From Candidatus Mcinerneyibacteriota bacterium (GTDB taxonomy: Bacteria; Macinerneyibacteriota; Macinerneyibacteria; Macinerneyibacteriales; DSCS01): a DNA stretch of 64,000 nucleotides. The DNA lies in the NCBI GenBank assembly GCA_016937175.1, contig JAFGWL010000013.1, forward strand, positions 18,821-82,820, read 5' to 3'. The notes beneath the pieces are model-generated. The model searched no databases and had not been told where the DNA came from. It saw only the letters and a list, made by a program, of their open reading frames with translations. Shown in pieces: positions 1-9,900 of this stretch; position 1 is the stretch's first letter, and every line of letters starts with the position of its first letter. The position numbers and the translations under genes are program-made.

Positions 1-971
1 TGGCCTGACATCTCTCCTCCTAAAGGTGCGTCATCTTCTTTCATCTTGGCTTTGATAAGAGAGTGCCCGGCTTTCCACATCACCGGATTTCCCCCCTTTT
101 CTTTGATATATTCCACAAGCCCCTGGGAACATTTCACTTCAAAGACGATCTCAGATCCGGGCCTTCTTTTCAGGAGTTCACCGGCGTAGATCCCCAGAAG
201 CGTATCTCCGTAGAGAAGGTTTCCCTGAGCATCTACGACACCTATGCGGTCGACGTCGCCGTCAAAACCGATTCCGATATCATACTTCTCTTCAGTGACA
301 CGGCGGCGCAGTTCTTCAATGTTCTTTTCCACTGTAGGATCGGCGATATGGTTGGGAAACTTCCCGTCGGGCTTTTCAAAAAGAATATCCGCATCAAACC
401 CGCACTTTTCGAAAATCCGCCGGGCGTAGATCCCCGCTGAACCGTTTCCGCAGTCCAGAAGTACTTTCAGATCTCCTTTAAAGTTAAACGGGGCCGTCAG
501 ATCTTCCATATAACGTTCATCGATATCGGCCCTTTCAACCCCCCCCTCCCCTTCTTCAAAATCATCCTTTTCGATCAGGTGCAGAAGGCTCTGGATCTCT
601 TTTCCGTACAGGGCATCTACCCCTTTGCACATCTTGAAACCGTTATACTCAGGGGGGTTATGGGATGCTGTGATCATGACACCTCCCTGGGTTTCCAGAG
701 CTCCGATGGAGTAATAAAAGACCGGGGTAGCGACTTTCCCGATATCCAGCACGTCAAGGCCGGTACTTCTGATCCCTTCGATGAGAACGGGATTGATCCT
801 GGGGCCGCTGAGGCGGACATCATGTCCTACAGTGACTTTGCGGCCGCCCTGACGCTTGATCATGGTCCCGAAAGCCTGTCCGATAAGACGGACACTCTTA
901 TCGTCCAGGTCCTTGTCGGCCAGTCCTCTGATATCATATTCGCGAAAAATATACGGATTCACCTTGCTCAT
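1..971 (-). CDS. phosphomannomutase/phosphoglucomutase (alpha-D-phosphohexomutase family), 3'-end truncated by window edge
   Basis: Minus-strand ATG at 969-971 preceded by GGAGGAGGAG RBS; translation MSKVNPYIFREYDIRG...TASHNPPEYNGFK (phosphoserine loop) stays open to position 1, so no stop in window and it is absent from the ORF track. Confidence 0.8.
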   Translation of the reverse strand, partial: MSKVNPYIFREYDIRGLADKDLDDKSVRLIGQAFGTMIKRQGGRKVTVGHDVRLSGPRINPVLIEGIRSTGLDVLDIGKVATPVFYYSIGALETQGGVMITASHNPPEYNGFKMCKGVDALYGKEIQSLLHLIEKDDFEEGEGGVERADIDERYMEDLTAPFNFKGDLKVLLDCGNGSAGIYARRIFEKCGFDADILFEKPDGKFPNHIADPTVEKNIEELRRRVTEEKYDIGIGFDGDVDRIGVVDAQGNLLYGDTLLGIYAGELLKRRPGSEIVFEVKCSQGLVEYIKEKGGNPVMWKAGHSLIKAKMKEDDAPLGGEMSG

Positions 972-995
972 GATCTCCTCCTCCTTTCTGTTTTC

Positions 996-2369
996 TTAAA
1001 TATCATTGAATTCAGTGGCTACGGCCTTTTCCTCCGGCAGGATCATATTGAGGAAGACTCCGATGATGCCCGCCAGGCCGATTCCCGCCAGTGAAAGGGT
1101 GATCTGGAACCGCACAGCCACATAGGAGAGGATGACAAACAGAAGAGTCACCATAGTGATGAATATCGCACTTGAGATCCTGAAATCTGCTTTAGCTCTG
1201 CGCAGTTTTATAAGATGATAGAGAAGCCCTGCAAGGCTTGCCAGAAGGATTCCGTAGACCCCCTGCCAGGGGATGTCAAAAACGGCTCCGCCGATCCCGA
1301 TGACCAGGATTACAGCAACGATAATAAGTTTTTTGTTGGAATCGAGATTGGTCTTGTTTTGGATCATATTCTTCACACCGATGGCGGCGATGCTTCCGAA
1401 GAGGATGACCATGATCCCGCCCATGACGGGAGCAGGGATCGTCTTCAAGACAGCCCCTACCTTGCCGAAAAAGGCCAGAAGAATAGCCGTGACAGCTGCT
1501 ATGCGCATGACCACGGGGTTGAATACCCTGGTCAGGGCCACTGCCCCGGTGACTTCGGAATAGGTCGTGTTAGGCGGCCCGCCCAGAAAAGAGGCAGCTG
1601 TCGTGGCGATCCCGTCTCCGAACATGGTCCTGTGAAGGCCGGGCTTTTCATAGAATTTTTCCCCGGTGATGTCAGAGATCACCATGATGTCCCCTATATG
1701 TTCGATAGCCGGAGCAATGGCCACAGGGACGATGTAGAGTATAGCTTTCCAGTTAAACGCCGGCAAAGTAAAGGAAGGGACGGAAAACCAGGCGGCATTT
1801 TTGATGGGAGTGAAATCGATATCTCCGAATAGGATAGCAGCGGCATATCCGAAGGCGATTCCTGCTAAAATGGGAGTCAGTTTCATCACGCCCTTACCGA
1901 AAAGAGCAAAAATAACCGTCATACCGAAGGCGATACCGGCCAGGGCCATATTATGAGGGGCATCGGGGGTATTTTTGATCATGCCGATGGCTACAGGAGC
2001 CAGGCTCAGTCCGATGACCATGATCACGGGCCCGATGACATAGGAAGGCAGCAGTTTATCGATAAAGCCTATCCCCCGCCACTTGATGAAACCTCCGAAG
2101 AGCATCTTGACCAGTCCGGCGGCTGCCAGGCCGCAAAGTGTTCCTTTGATCCCGTAGAGTTTGGTAGCTACGAGAATAGGTGCAATATAGGCAAAAGACG
2201 AGGCCAGAAACACCGGGACTTTCCCACGGGTCACCAAATGAAAGATCAGGGTTCCAGCACCTGCCGTGAACAGGGCCACATTCGGGTCAAGGCCTGTGAT
2301 CAGCGGGACAAGGACCAGCGCCCCGAAGGCGACAAACAGCATTTGAACACCCACAATAATCTTTTTCAT
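996..2369 (-). CDS. uraA: uracil permease (NCS2 family)
   Basis: 457-aa multi-TM protein; N-terminal region GVQMLFVAFGALVLVPLITG...GKVPVFLASSFAYIAPIL closely parallels UraA/PyrP; sits directly downstream of upp. Confidence 0.85.
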   Translation of the reverse strand: MKKIIVGVQMLFVAFGALVLVPLITGLDPNVALFTAGAGTLIFHLVTRGKVPVFLASSFAYIAPILVATKLYGIKGTLCGLAAAGLVKMLFGGFIKWRGIGFIDKLLPSYVIGPVIMVIGLSLAPVAIGMIKNTPDAPHNMALAGIAFGMTVIFALFGKGVMKLTPILAGIAFGYAAAILFGDIDFTPIKNAAWFSVPSFTLPAFNWKAILYIVPVAIAPAIEHIGDIMVISDITGEKFYEKPGLHRTMFGDGIATTAASFLGGPPNTTYSEVTGAVALTRVFNPVVMRIAAVTAILLAFFGKVGAVLKTIPAPVMGGIMVILFGSIAAIGVKNMIQNKTNLDSNKKLIIVAVILVIGIGGAVFDIPWQGVYGILLASLAGLLYHLIKLRRAKADFRISSAIFITMVTLLFVILSYVAVRFQITLSLAGIGLAGIIGVFLNMILPEEKAVATEFNDI

Positions 2370-2382
2370 GCAGACTCCTTAT

Positions 2383-3003
2383 CTATTTAGTTCCGAACAG
2401 CCTGTCTCCGGCATCTCCCAGGCCGGGGACGATATATTTATGGTCATCCAGGTAAGAATCGATGTGTCCCGTAAAGATCTCGATGTCGGCATAAGCCTTT
2501 TCCACGGCTTCGATCCCCTCGGGGGCCGATATGATGGAAATGATCTTGATGCGGTCAAACCCTTTTTTGCGCAGAAGGGCGATGGTCGCTATGATGGATC
2601 CTCCCGTGGCCAGCATGGGGTCGATGATGACCACCAGGGGATTCACGGGATTGACAGGCAATTTTTCATAATACTCTACGGGCTGTTTTGTATCGGGGTC
2701 GCGGTAGATACCGACAAAGCCTACACGGGCATTGGGGAGAAGGTTCAGGATCCCTTCCAGCATCCCTACTCCGGCCCGGAGAATGGGAACGATGATAATA
2801 TCGTCTTTGATCTCGTAACCTTCCGTCTCTGTCAGAGGGGTCTCCAGGGACTTTTTCGACAAAGGCATATCCTTGAAGGCTTCATAGGTCAGAAGCATAG
2901 TGATCTCTGAAGATAATTCCCTGAACTCTTTCTGTTTTGTCCCCTTATCCCGGAGAAGAGAGAGTTTGTGCTGCAGCAGCGGGTGTCTGATTTCAACATG
3001 CAT
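2383..3003 (-). CDS. upp: uracil phosphoribosyltransferase
   Basis: 206 aa; motifs ILRAG, VIIDPMLATGGS (PRPP-binding), YIVPGLGDAGDRLFGT are typical of Upp. Confidence 0.95.
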   Translation of the reverse strand: MHVEIRHPLLQHKLSLLRDKGTKQKEFRELSSEITMLLTYEAFKDMPLSKKSLETPLTETEGYEIKDDIIIVPILRAGVGMLEGILNLLPNARVGFVGIYRDPDTKQPVEYYEKLPVNPVNPLVVIIDPMLATGGSIIATIALLRKKGFDRIKIISIISAPEGIEAVEKAYADIEIFTGHIDSYLDDHKYIVPGLGDAGDRLFGTK

Positions 3004-3021
3004 AAGATTCCCCCTTGGTTT

Positions 3022-4320
3022 TTACAGGATTTCAGCGGCCAGAGAGGCCAGCATACTTCGTTCGCTTTTGACCAGGGTAATATGGCCGAAGATCCTCTCC
3101 CCCTTGAAGCGCTGGATGAGGTAGGTCAGGCCGTTGGATTCCGCATCCAGGTAAGGATTGTCTATCTGGTGGGGGTCTCCGGTGAGGATGATCTTGCTGT
3201 TTTCCCCTGCCCGGCTTACGATGGTCTTGATCTCATGAGGGGTCAGGTTCTGAGCCTCATCTATGAGGATGAACTGGGAAGAGATACTCCTTCCACGGAT
3301 AAAGGTCAGGGCTTCCAGTTCGATTATATCAGATGTCAGGAAATAACCCCTGTTCTTTTTCCCCAGATGGTTGGCGTCTACGACAAAATCCAGGTTGTCG
3401 AAAATGGGCTCCATCCAGTTTTCCAGTTTATTCTCTTTGCTTCCCGGAAGGTAGCCGATGTCACGCCCCATGGGCATAATGGGACGCATGACGAGGACTT
3501 TTTTGTATTTTTGCTCCTCTGTCACCTTGTGGAGTCCGGAAGCCAGTGTAAGAAGAGTCTTTCCAGTCCCTGCCTGGCCTATCAGAGTCACCAGTTTGAC
3601 ATCGTCGTCCAGAAGAAGTTCCAGGGCATAGGATTGCTCACGGTTGAGGGGTTTGATTCCCCAGGGATAGATCCCCTGGCTCTTCAGAGGGACTAGCTTC
3701 TCCCCTTCACAGCGGGAAGCCAGAGATTCCCGTCCTTCGGCGGTGATATTGATCATCTGGTTCGGGTAGAAGAGGCCGGGAGGGCATTCCAGACTGCCTT
3801 TGCTGGAAAAGGATTCCCATTGGCCGGGGCCGGCTGTGTACTCCCCTGTCCCGGCATAGAGTTCATTGAGGTCGATCTTGGTGTGTTCATAGACTTCAGC
3901 CTTAATGGATAAAGCTTCGGCCTTGACCCGGGCGTTGATATCCATGGAGACAAAGACGACATCTTCGTACCCTTTGTCCTGAAGGTGTCTGGCTGCCATG
4001 ATGATGCGGTTGTCTGTGTTGCGAAGGTCGATCCCCTCAGGAAGGGGCGTCTCAAAATCAATGAGGATAAAGAGCTTTCCCCCCTCGTCATTGAGGGAGA
4101 TCCCGTTGAGGAGATTGTCGCCTTTGCTCAGAGAGTCGATAGAGCGGATGACGCGCCGTGCGTTTCGGCCCCGTTCGCCCAGGTCGGACTTGAAACTGTC
4201 CAGCTCTTCCAGGACATCGATGGGAATATAGACGAAATTTTCCTGGAAATTAAAGAGAGAATGAAAGTCATGCAGAAGCACATTCGTGTCAAGGACAAAA
4301 TGCTTGACCCGCTCCTTCAT
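3022..4320 (-). CDS. PIN-domain plus PhoH-like ATPase fusion (PhoH2 family)
   Basis: N-terminal PIN (VLDTNVLLHD...), central Walker A GQAGTGKT, PhoH signature ILTGDPHQID, Walker B FILIDEAQN. Confidence 0.85.
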   Translation of the reverse strand: MKERVKHFVLDTNVLLHDFHSLFNFQENFVYIPIDVLEELDSFKSDLGERGRNARRVIRSIDSLSKGDNLLNGISLNDEGGKLFILIDFETPLPEGIDLRNTDNRIIMAARHLQDKGYEDVVFVSMDINARVKAEALSIKAEVYEHTKIDLNELYAGTGEYTAGPGQWESFSSKGSLECPPGLFYPNQMINITAEGRESLASRCEGEKLVPLKSQGIYPWGIKPLNREQSYALELLLDDDVKLVTLIGQAGTGKTLLTLASGLHKVTEEQKYKKVLVMRPIMPMGRDIGYLPGSKENKLENWMEPIFDNLDFVVDANHLGKKNRGYFLTSDIIELEALTFIRGRSISSQFILIDEAQNLTPHEIKTIVSRAGENSKIILTGDPHQIDNPYLDAESNGLTYLIQRFKGERIFGHITLVKSERSMLASLAAEIL

Positions 4321-4322
4321 TC

Positions 4323-4736
4323 TCAGCGATACCTCTTTGTCATGACCAGCCGTGAGCCGTGGCTCCCCTGTTTTAATTTGACGTCATCCATATAGGTTTT
4401 GATGATAAAAAGCCCCCTGCCGTGGATTGCTGTCTCGTCGGGGAGCTGGAACGCCTCTTCATCCAGAAAGGCTCCCCCCCCTTCCGGGTTGGAATCTTCG
4501 ACAGAGAGAGAGATGATCTCTTTTTCCAGTGAGAGATCCACATAGATCGGCTTCAAAGCCTCTTCGTGATTTCCGTGGATGATGGCATTACTGGCCGCTT
4601 CCGCCAGGGAAGCGACCAGAGTGCCTATCAGGTCTGAGTTGATATCATTACGTTCAAGAAACAGCTCCACAGAGTCCAGTAGGGTTTCGAGGTAATCCAG
4701 AGATGACGGGAGCTGCAGTTTGATGAATTCAGCCAT
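4323..4736 (-). CDS. anti-sigma factor-like serine protein kinase (RsbW/SpoIIAB-type GHKL ATPase)
   Basis: 137 aa; N-box EAASNAIIHG, G-box HGRGLFIIK; immediately downstream of STAS gene (2-nt gap). Confidence 0.75.
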   Translation of the reverse strand: MAEFIKLQLPSSLDYLETLLDSVELFLERNDINSDLIGTLVASLAEAASNAIIHGNHEEALKPIYVDLSLEKEIISLSVEDSNPEGGGAFLDEEAFQLPDETAIHGRGLFIIKTYMDDVKLKQGSHGSRLVMTKRYR

Positions 4737-4738
4737 GT

Positions 4739-5083
4739 TCAGCGGGTCATATCTCTTAAAGCGTCGGCCTCCGAGTCGTAGCAGTCGAACAGAGTCAGGA
4801 GCTTTGTGATGGTCAAAAGGTCTTTGATACGCTGTGTGATCTTGACCAGGCTCATCTGCCCCTCTTTGGATTTAAGTGTCGTATACGCTGCGATGAGGAC
4901 TCCCAGGCCTGTGGAATCCATAAAAGGAACATCTTCAAAGTCGACGATGACCTTGACAAAGCCGTCTTCCACAGCCTTATTGATGGCCTCTTTGAGGGAC
5001 ATGACCTTTTCACCGCTGACGATCTTCCCGTGGGGGCGGATCATCACTATGTTATTGGATTTTTTCTCGACATCGATCTTCAT
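4739..5083 (-). CDS. STAS-domain anti-sigma factor antagonist (SpoIIAA/RsbV-like)
   Basis: 114 aa; conserved phosphorylatable-serine motif DFEDVPFMDSTGLGVL. Confidence 0.8.
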   Translation of the reverse strand: MKIDVEKKSNNIVMIRPHGKIVSGEKVMSLKEAINKAVEDGFVKVIVDFEDVPFMDSTGLGVLIAAYTTLKSKEGQMSLVKITQRIKDLLTITKLLTLFDCYDSEADALRDMTR

Positions 5084-5111
5084 GTAAATCCTCCTTTCAA
5101 TCTTTCACTAA

Positions 5112-5139
5112 ATTATAGCAGATGTTTTTTTCTGCGCAA
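5112..5139 (-). promoter_or_regulatory. sigma70-like promoter (TTGCGC-16-TATAAT) for STAS/RsbW/PhoH2/upp/uraA operon
   Basis: On minus strand: TTGCGC (5134-5139) ... 16 nt ... TATAAT (5112-5117), followed by GGAGG RBS and ATG of STAS gene at 5083. Confidence 0.45.
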
Positions 5140-5144
5140 TATCT

Positions 5145-5696
5145 TTATCCCGTTTCCGAAGGCGAAAAATCATCTTTACAGAGGGTGGCTGTAGAGAAAA
5201 AATGATGGAGTTCATATAAAAGATTTTCCGAAAAGAGGGGCCGTTTTTCCAGGATCTCTTCTTTTTCCCAGAATCGTGTTTCTTCGATCTCTTCCGGATC
5301 AAAACAGACGGTTTCTCCCCTGTAATCAGCGATGTAGAGGGAGACAAGCTCCCGCTCACGGGATGATTCCCAGATATAGCGCGTTTTGAAGAGAGCCTGC
5401 GACGGGAAAAACCCAATCTCTTCAAGAGACTCCCGTTTCAGGGCCTGGTAAAAGGTCTCACCCCAGGAGACATGGCCGCCTACGGCAGTATCCCATTTTC
5501 CAGGCTGGATCTGTTTCTTGCAGCTTCTCTTCTGTAAGAGAAAACGTCCCTCTTTATCAATGATCTGAAGATGGATAACGGGGTGCAGGATCTTTGTTCC
5601 GTCGTGACACTGGCCACGGGAGACTTTTTCCAGAGGCCTTCCCTCCGGTGAGCAGCGGATGAGCCATTCCATAGGCTCAATTCTAATGCGGGACAT
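5145..5696 (-). CDS. NUDIX hydrolase
   Basis: 183 aa; Nudix box GGHVSWGETFYQALKRESLEEIG matches GX5EX7REUXEEXGU. Confidence 0.8.
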   Translation of the reverse strand: MSRIRIEPMEWLIRCSPEGRPLEKVSRGQCHDGTKILHPVIHLQIIDKEGRFLLQKRSCKKQIQPGKWDTAVGGHVSWGETFYQALKRESLEEIGFFPSQALFKTRYIWESSRERELVSLYIADYRGETVCFDPEEIEETRFWEKEEILEKRPLFSENLLYELHHFFSTATLCKDDFSPSETG

Positions 5697-5733
5697 TCAA
5701 AAAAGCAATGTTTCCTTTCCTGAACGAATATCA

Positions 5734-5761
5734 TTGACACTGAAAAAAAGGGCTATATAAT
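5734..5761 (+). promoter_or_regulatory. consensus sigma70 promoter (TTGACA-16-TATAAT) for MFS transporter gene
   Basis: TTGACA at 5734-5739, TATAAT at 5756-5761, AAGGGA RBS, ATG at 5785. Confidence 0.5.
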
Positions 5762-5784
5762 TCGCAAAGCGAAAGGGATGAACT

Positions 5785-6987
5785 ATGTTACGAGAATATC
5801 TGGAAAAGATCAGGATGATCTCTCCCAATGCCCGTTTTTTCCTCGTAGGAGGGCTTTTTAACGGGCTCGGGATGTCTGTCTTCTCTCTTTTGTTTAACCT
5901 TTACTTGAAAGATTTCGGTTATTCGGAAACAGCGATCGGACATATTCTCTCTGCCGGAGCCCTGGGAGCCGCCGTGGTGGCTGTCCCGGCAGCCATGATC
6001 ATCGAGAGGTTTCATCTAAAGCATGTCCTCATCCTGGGAACCCTCCTCTCCTCCATCTCCTACGGGCTTCAGGTCTTTTTTCAGGATATCCAGTTTATCC
6101 TCTTTTTCTCCTTTACAGCGACCATGTTCATCACCGTCTACCGGGTCTCCGTGGCGCCGTTTTTTATGCGTAACAGCACTCCCGCCGAACGGATCCATCT
6201 TTTCAGCCTCAGTTATGCCATCATGATGTTCTCCCAGCTGCTGGGGTTCTTTCTCGGAGGATTTCTGCCTAAACTGACCATGGGGCTCGGCCTTGCCGGT
6301 TCTCTGACAGAAGCTTACCGCCTTTCTCTCTACACCTCCATTTTTCTGACCATGATATCCGTCATCCCCTTCCTTTCCATCGAACAGAGGCCTGTTCCCC
6401 GGATAAAAAGCAGATTCGCAGAAAGGATCCGGCGCTATAACTGGGGAATAATCCTCCGGCTGATGATCCCGAAGATCTTTGTCGGGATGGGCGCCGGGCT
6501 GGTCATCCCCTTTATGAATCTCTATTTCAAGATCGTCTTTAATCTTCAGGCAGAGACCATCGGCATCTATTTTTCCATTCTCCAGGTCTTTATGTTTTTC
6601 GGGATGCTCGCCGCTCCGTTTCTCACCAGACGTTTCGGGATGATCAAGAGCATCGTCCTCACAGAACTTTTGTCTGTTCCCTTTATGCTTACATTAGCCC
6701 TGACCCACAACCTGCCTCTGGCTGTGATGGCCTTTATCCTGAGGGGAACATTGATGAACATGAATATTCCCATAAGCAGCAATTTTGAGATGGAACTTGT
6801 ACGTGAGGCTGATCAACCCTTTACCAATGCGATTTCCATGTTGGCCTGGAACGGGGCATGGACAGTGAGCGCTCACTGGGGTGGGAGGATTATAGAGGAG
6901 TATTCCTTTTCTTTTTCCTTCTACATCACCATAGCACTCTATGTCATCTCAGCTTTGACCTACTACTTCTTCTTTAAAGACAAATAG
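5785..6987 (+). CDS. MFS transporter
   Basis: 400 aa, ~12 predicted hydrophobic helices; one of only two plus-strand genes. Confidence 0.7.
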   Translation: MLREYLEKIRMISPNARFFLVGGLFNGLGMSVFSLLFNLYLKDFGYSETAIGHILSAGALGAAVVAVPAAMIIERFHLKHVLILGTLLSSISYGLQVFFQDIQFILFFSFTATMFITVYRVSVAPFFMRNSTPAERIHLFSLSYAIMMFSQLLGFFLGGFLPKLTMGLGLAGSLTEAYRLSLYTSIFLTMISVIPFLSIEQRPVPRIKSRFAERIRRYNWGIILRLMIPKIFVGMGAGLVIPFMNLYFKIVFNLQAETIGIYFSILQVFMFFGMLAAPFLTRRFGMIKSIVLTELLSVPFMLTLALTHNLPLAVMAFILRGTLMNMNIPISSNFEMELVREADQPFTNAISMLAWNGAWTVSAHWGGRIIEEYSFSFSFYITIALYVISALTYYFFFKDK

Positions 6988-6990
6988 AGC

Positions 6991-9900
6991 TCAATTCCCT
7001 GTATACTTCATGGAACTCCAGTATGCCGGGTGAGGGAAGAAAAGGCGCAGTTCTTTTTTTGCTTTCCAGAGGGCCAGAGGCGCCGGAGTCCCTTTGTCAA
7101 GTTCCCGGTAGAAGTGTTTGAAGAGCATTCCCGTAGCCACATCAGAGATTCGCCAAAGCGAGGAGATGACCGCGCTCTCTTCGGTTTTCATAAAGGCTCT
7201 GTCCAGGGCTGTGACTTCATCCCCCTCCCCCAGGACTCCGACTCCCGAATCACAGGCACTCAGGACCGCCAGGCGGGCTTGAGGGGTGAGATTGCGTATC
7301 TCTTCCACGTCGAACCTGCCGTCCAGATGGCCGCCGGAAGCAAAGAGAAGATGGGAAAGAAGTGAATAATGGCGGTTAAAGTAGCCATGGCAGGCAAAAT
7401 GGATGATGTCATAATCCTTTGAAGCCATCTTTTCTCTGACCGCCTCTTCTGTGGCCGCTTTCCCTTTGAGGATATCGGTGATGGGCCCGAAGATAAAACG
7501 GATCTCTCCGGCTTCTTTCTGGGCAAAATAGAGTTCCAGGTCGGGATTGTCCAGGTCCGGGTTTCCCACAGCCAGGATCGAACGGAAAGGCCCTGCCCCG
7601 GAGTTTTCCCTGAGCATGAAAAGGTCCGGGATATAGGTCACCGGAAAACGGTCGATAAGGTACTCTCCCTTTTTTACAAGAAGAGAGAAAGGCAGATAGT
7701 TGAGGACCCCTGAAGGCGATACGACCAGGTGGCCTGACTTCGGCAGGTCAAAGGGCAGGAGAAGGTCTCCCAGACGCGATGACTCCCCGCGGATAACCTC
7801 TTCGCCGGCTGTTTCAGAGATCAGGTCGCGCAGACGGCTTACCTCTTCATTCAGGCGCTCTTTTCCCGCCGGGATGGAGTAACCGCTGATGGCTCCGTCC
7901 AGCCAGGACAGGAGAAGAGTCCGGTTTTCAAGGACAAGAAAAGACAGCACCAGGGTTCCCTGTGGAATCGTACCGGCGAAATCCCGCTCCCCGGGGATGT
8001 CAGCGGATCCCTTCTGATTCATGGCGATCTCAAGTTTTAAACGGTCCAGGTCTTCTTTTCTCGCTTCATATTCTCGCACGATGCTGGCGTCGTTTTTCAT
8101 GAGAAGGTCGAGATGGTAGAGCTCTTTTTTCAACTTATCAAGGGCCTCTTCCTCCTCAGGCTTCAGGGTCGATTGCCCCGCCCCCAGGGGATTATTGACC
8201 AGGAAGGCTATCCGCTTCACCTTTTCCGTCGTAAAAAAAGACTTCTCAAATAGTCCTGCATCAAAATAGGCTTCAGCCAGAGAGCGGTAGATACCCTGAT
8301 ATTTTTTCAATAGCTTGACTTGAAGCCCGGGAGAGTCCATATCCTCCGCCATGGCTTCCAAAAGGGAAACCGCCATTTCAAAGTGATCGATCCGGCCTGA
8401 AAAGAGACCGAGATGATTGGCGATCTCCAAAGCCGTGGATATATCCCTGATGTCAAGAGCTTCCTGCCTGGCTTTCTCCAGCATGGGTATATCCTTTGTC
8501 ACAAGCCCTGTGTAGTAGGAGGCATACATGGACTCTTCAGGAGTCAACTGGCCAAGATCCTTCATCTTCCCGAGATAAAGAAGCGCCTGCCCGGATGACC
8601 CGATCTGATAGGAGGTAATGGCCAGATGACGGTAAAGGCCTTTCAAAAGATAGCTGTTGTTCCGTGCCTGAGCTTCAGGAAGCTCACTTTCAAGAAGTGC
8701 CAGCGCTTCTTCCGGGCGTCCCGTTTCTCTCAGGATCAGGGATTTATTGATGATGAGAGCCGTCGTCTCCCCCACGATATTGTATCGGCGGGCTGTTTCC
8801 AGCGCGCCATCTATCTCTGAAAGAGCCAGATGCTCACTTCCCGTCTCCAGAAGAGCCAGGGAGAGAAGGTTTTTGAGAATGACTCGTTCAGCCTGGTTCT
8901 CTTTTTCCGGGAGGGATTGCAAAGTACGGCGGATGTAATCCAGACACTCATGATAGGCATTCGTCTTGAAGAGAAGATTGGCCATGCCGATGGCGGCATT
9001 GATCCTGATATTCCGCTCCGGAGATTCCGTGAGAGGCCGAAACAGAGCTTTAGCCGTCTCATAGTCCCCCTCTCTCAGGCTGATGGACCCCTTGAGGAGT
9101 TCCACAGTCTGCTGTTTGTCCCGGGAACGGACTTTTTCAAGAAGAGCCCTTGCCTTTTCATTTTCATTGAAGTACTTATAGTGGATCACAGCCCGTCTGA
9201 TCAGGCTTTCTTCCGTATTGACAAGGTTCAGAAGCTCTGAAGCTTCTTCGTATTGGCCGTTTTTTTCATAAAGAGAGGCCAGCTGGAGTGTCTGGTCACC
9301 GGGGATCCGCCCCTCTTTGTAGAGGGCTATGGCGCGGCTGTAAAATCCCGTTCTCTCATAGAGGATGGCCAGATTTTTCTCGTAAGCCGATTCAGGCAGC
9401 CCCTTCAGGGATATATACTCTTTCAACTCTTGGCGGATCAGTTCCGGGTCCCTCAGATGGTCTGTTGCGATGGTGATCATGAGGTAGAGGCGGCTTGTCA
9501 GGGTGGCTGTATCCTTTCGGGCCTTTAAAAGGGGGATCAAATTGGCCAATTCCCGGAAAGAACGGCTGTAATGCCCCTCTTTGTAATAGAGATAAGCCCT
9601 GCGGTCGATCTCACTTGTCTTTTCAGACAAAAAGGAAGCAAACTGTTTTTCTGTCATCTCCCTGTAGGAGAAGGTAATCTCCCCTATCTTGATTGTGTTA
9701 AGGCCTGCATAGATCAAAATATCTGTAAAAAGCCGCATAGAAATCGGAGAAGTAACCTCAGCTTCATCGACCCACAAGCCGTCCACCGTCAGGCCCTCCT
9801 TTAAAAACTGCAGCCCTGTATAGTCTCCTGCCTTACTGGCATAGGGATTGACCTGGTCACTCTCCAGGCTCCCGGAAAGACGGAAATAACCGCTGCTTTC

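Noticed and set aside
420-975. Suspected frameshifted pseudogene of phosphomannomutase at the poly-C tract (no minus-strand ORF in the track for 1-975)
   Set aside because: Manual translation of the minus strand from ATG 969-971 reads through the G8 tract in frame (…EEGEGGVERADIDERYMEDL…) to the window edge. The ORF is missing from the track only because its stop lies outside the window.
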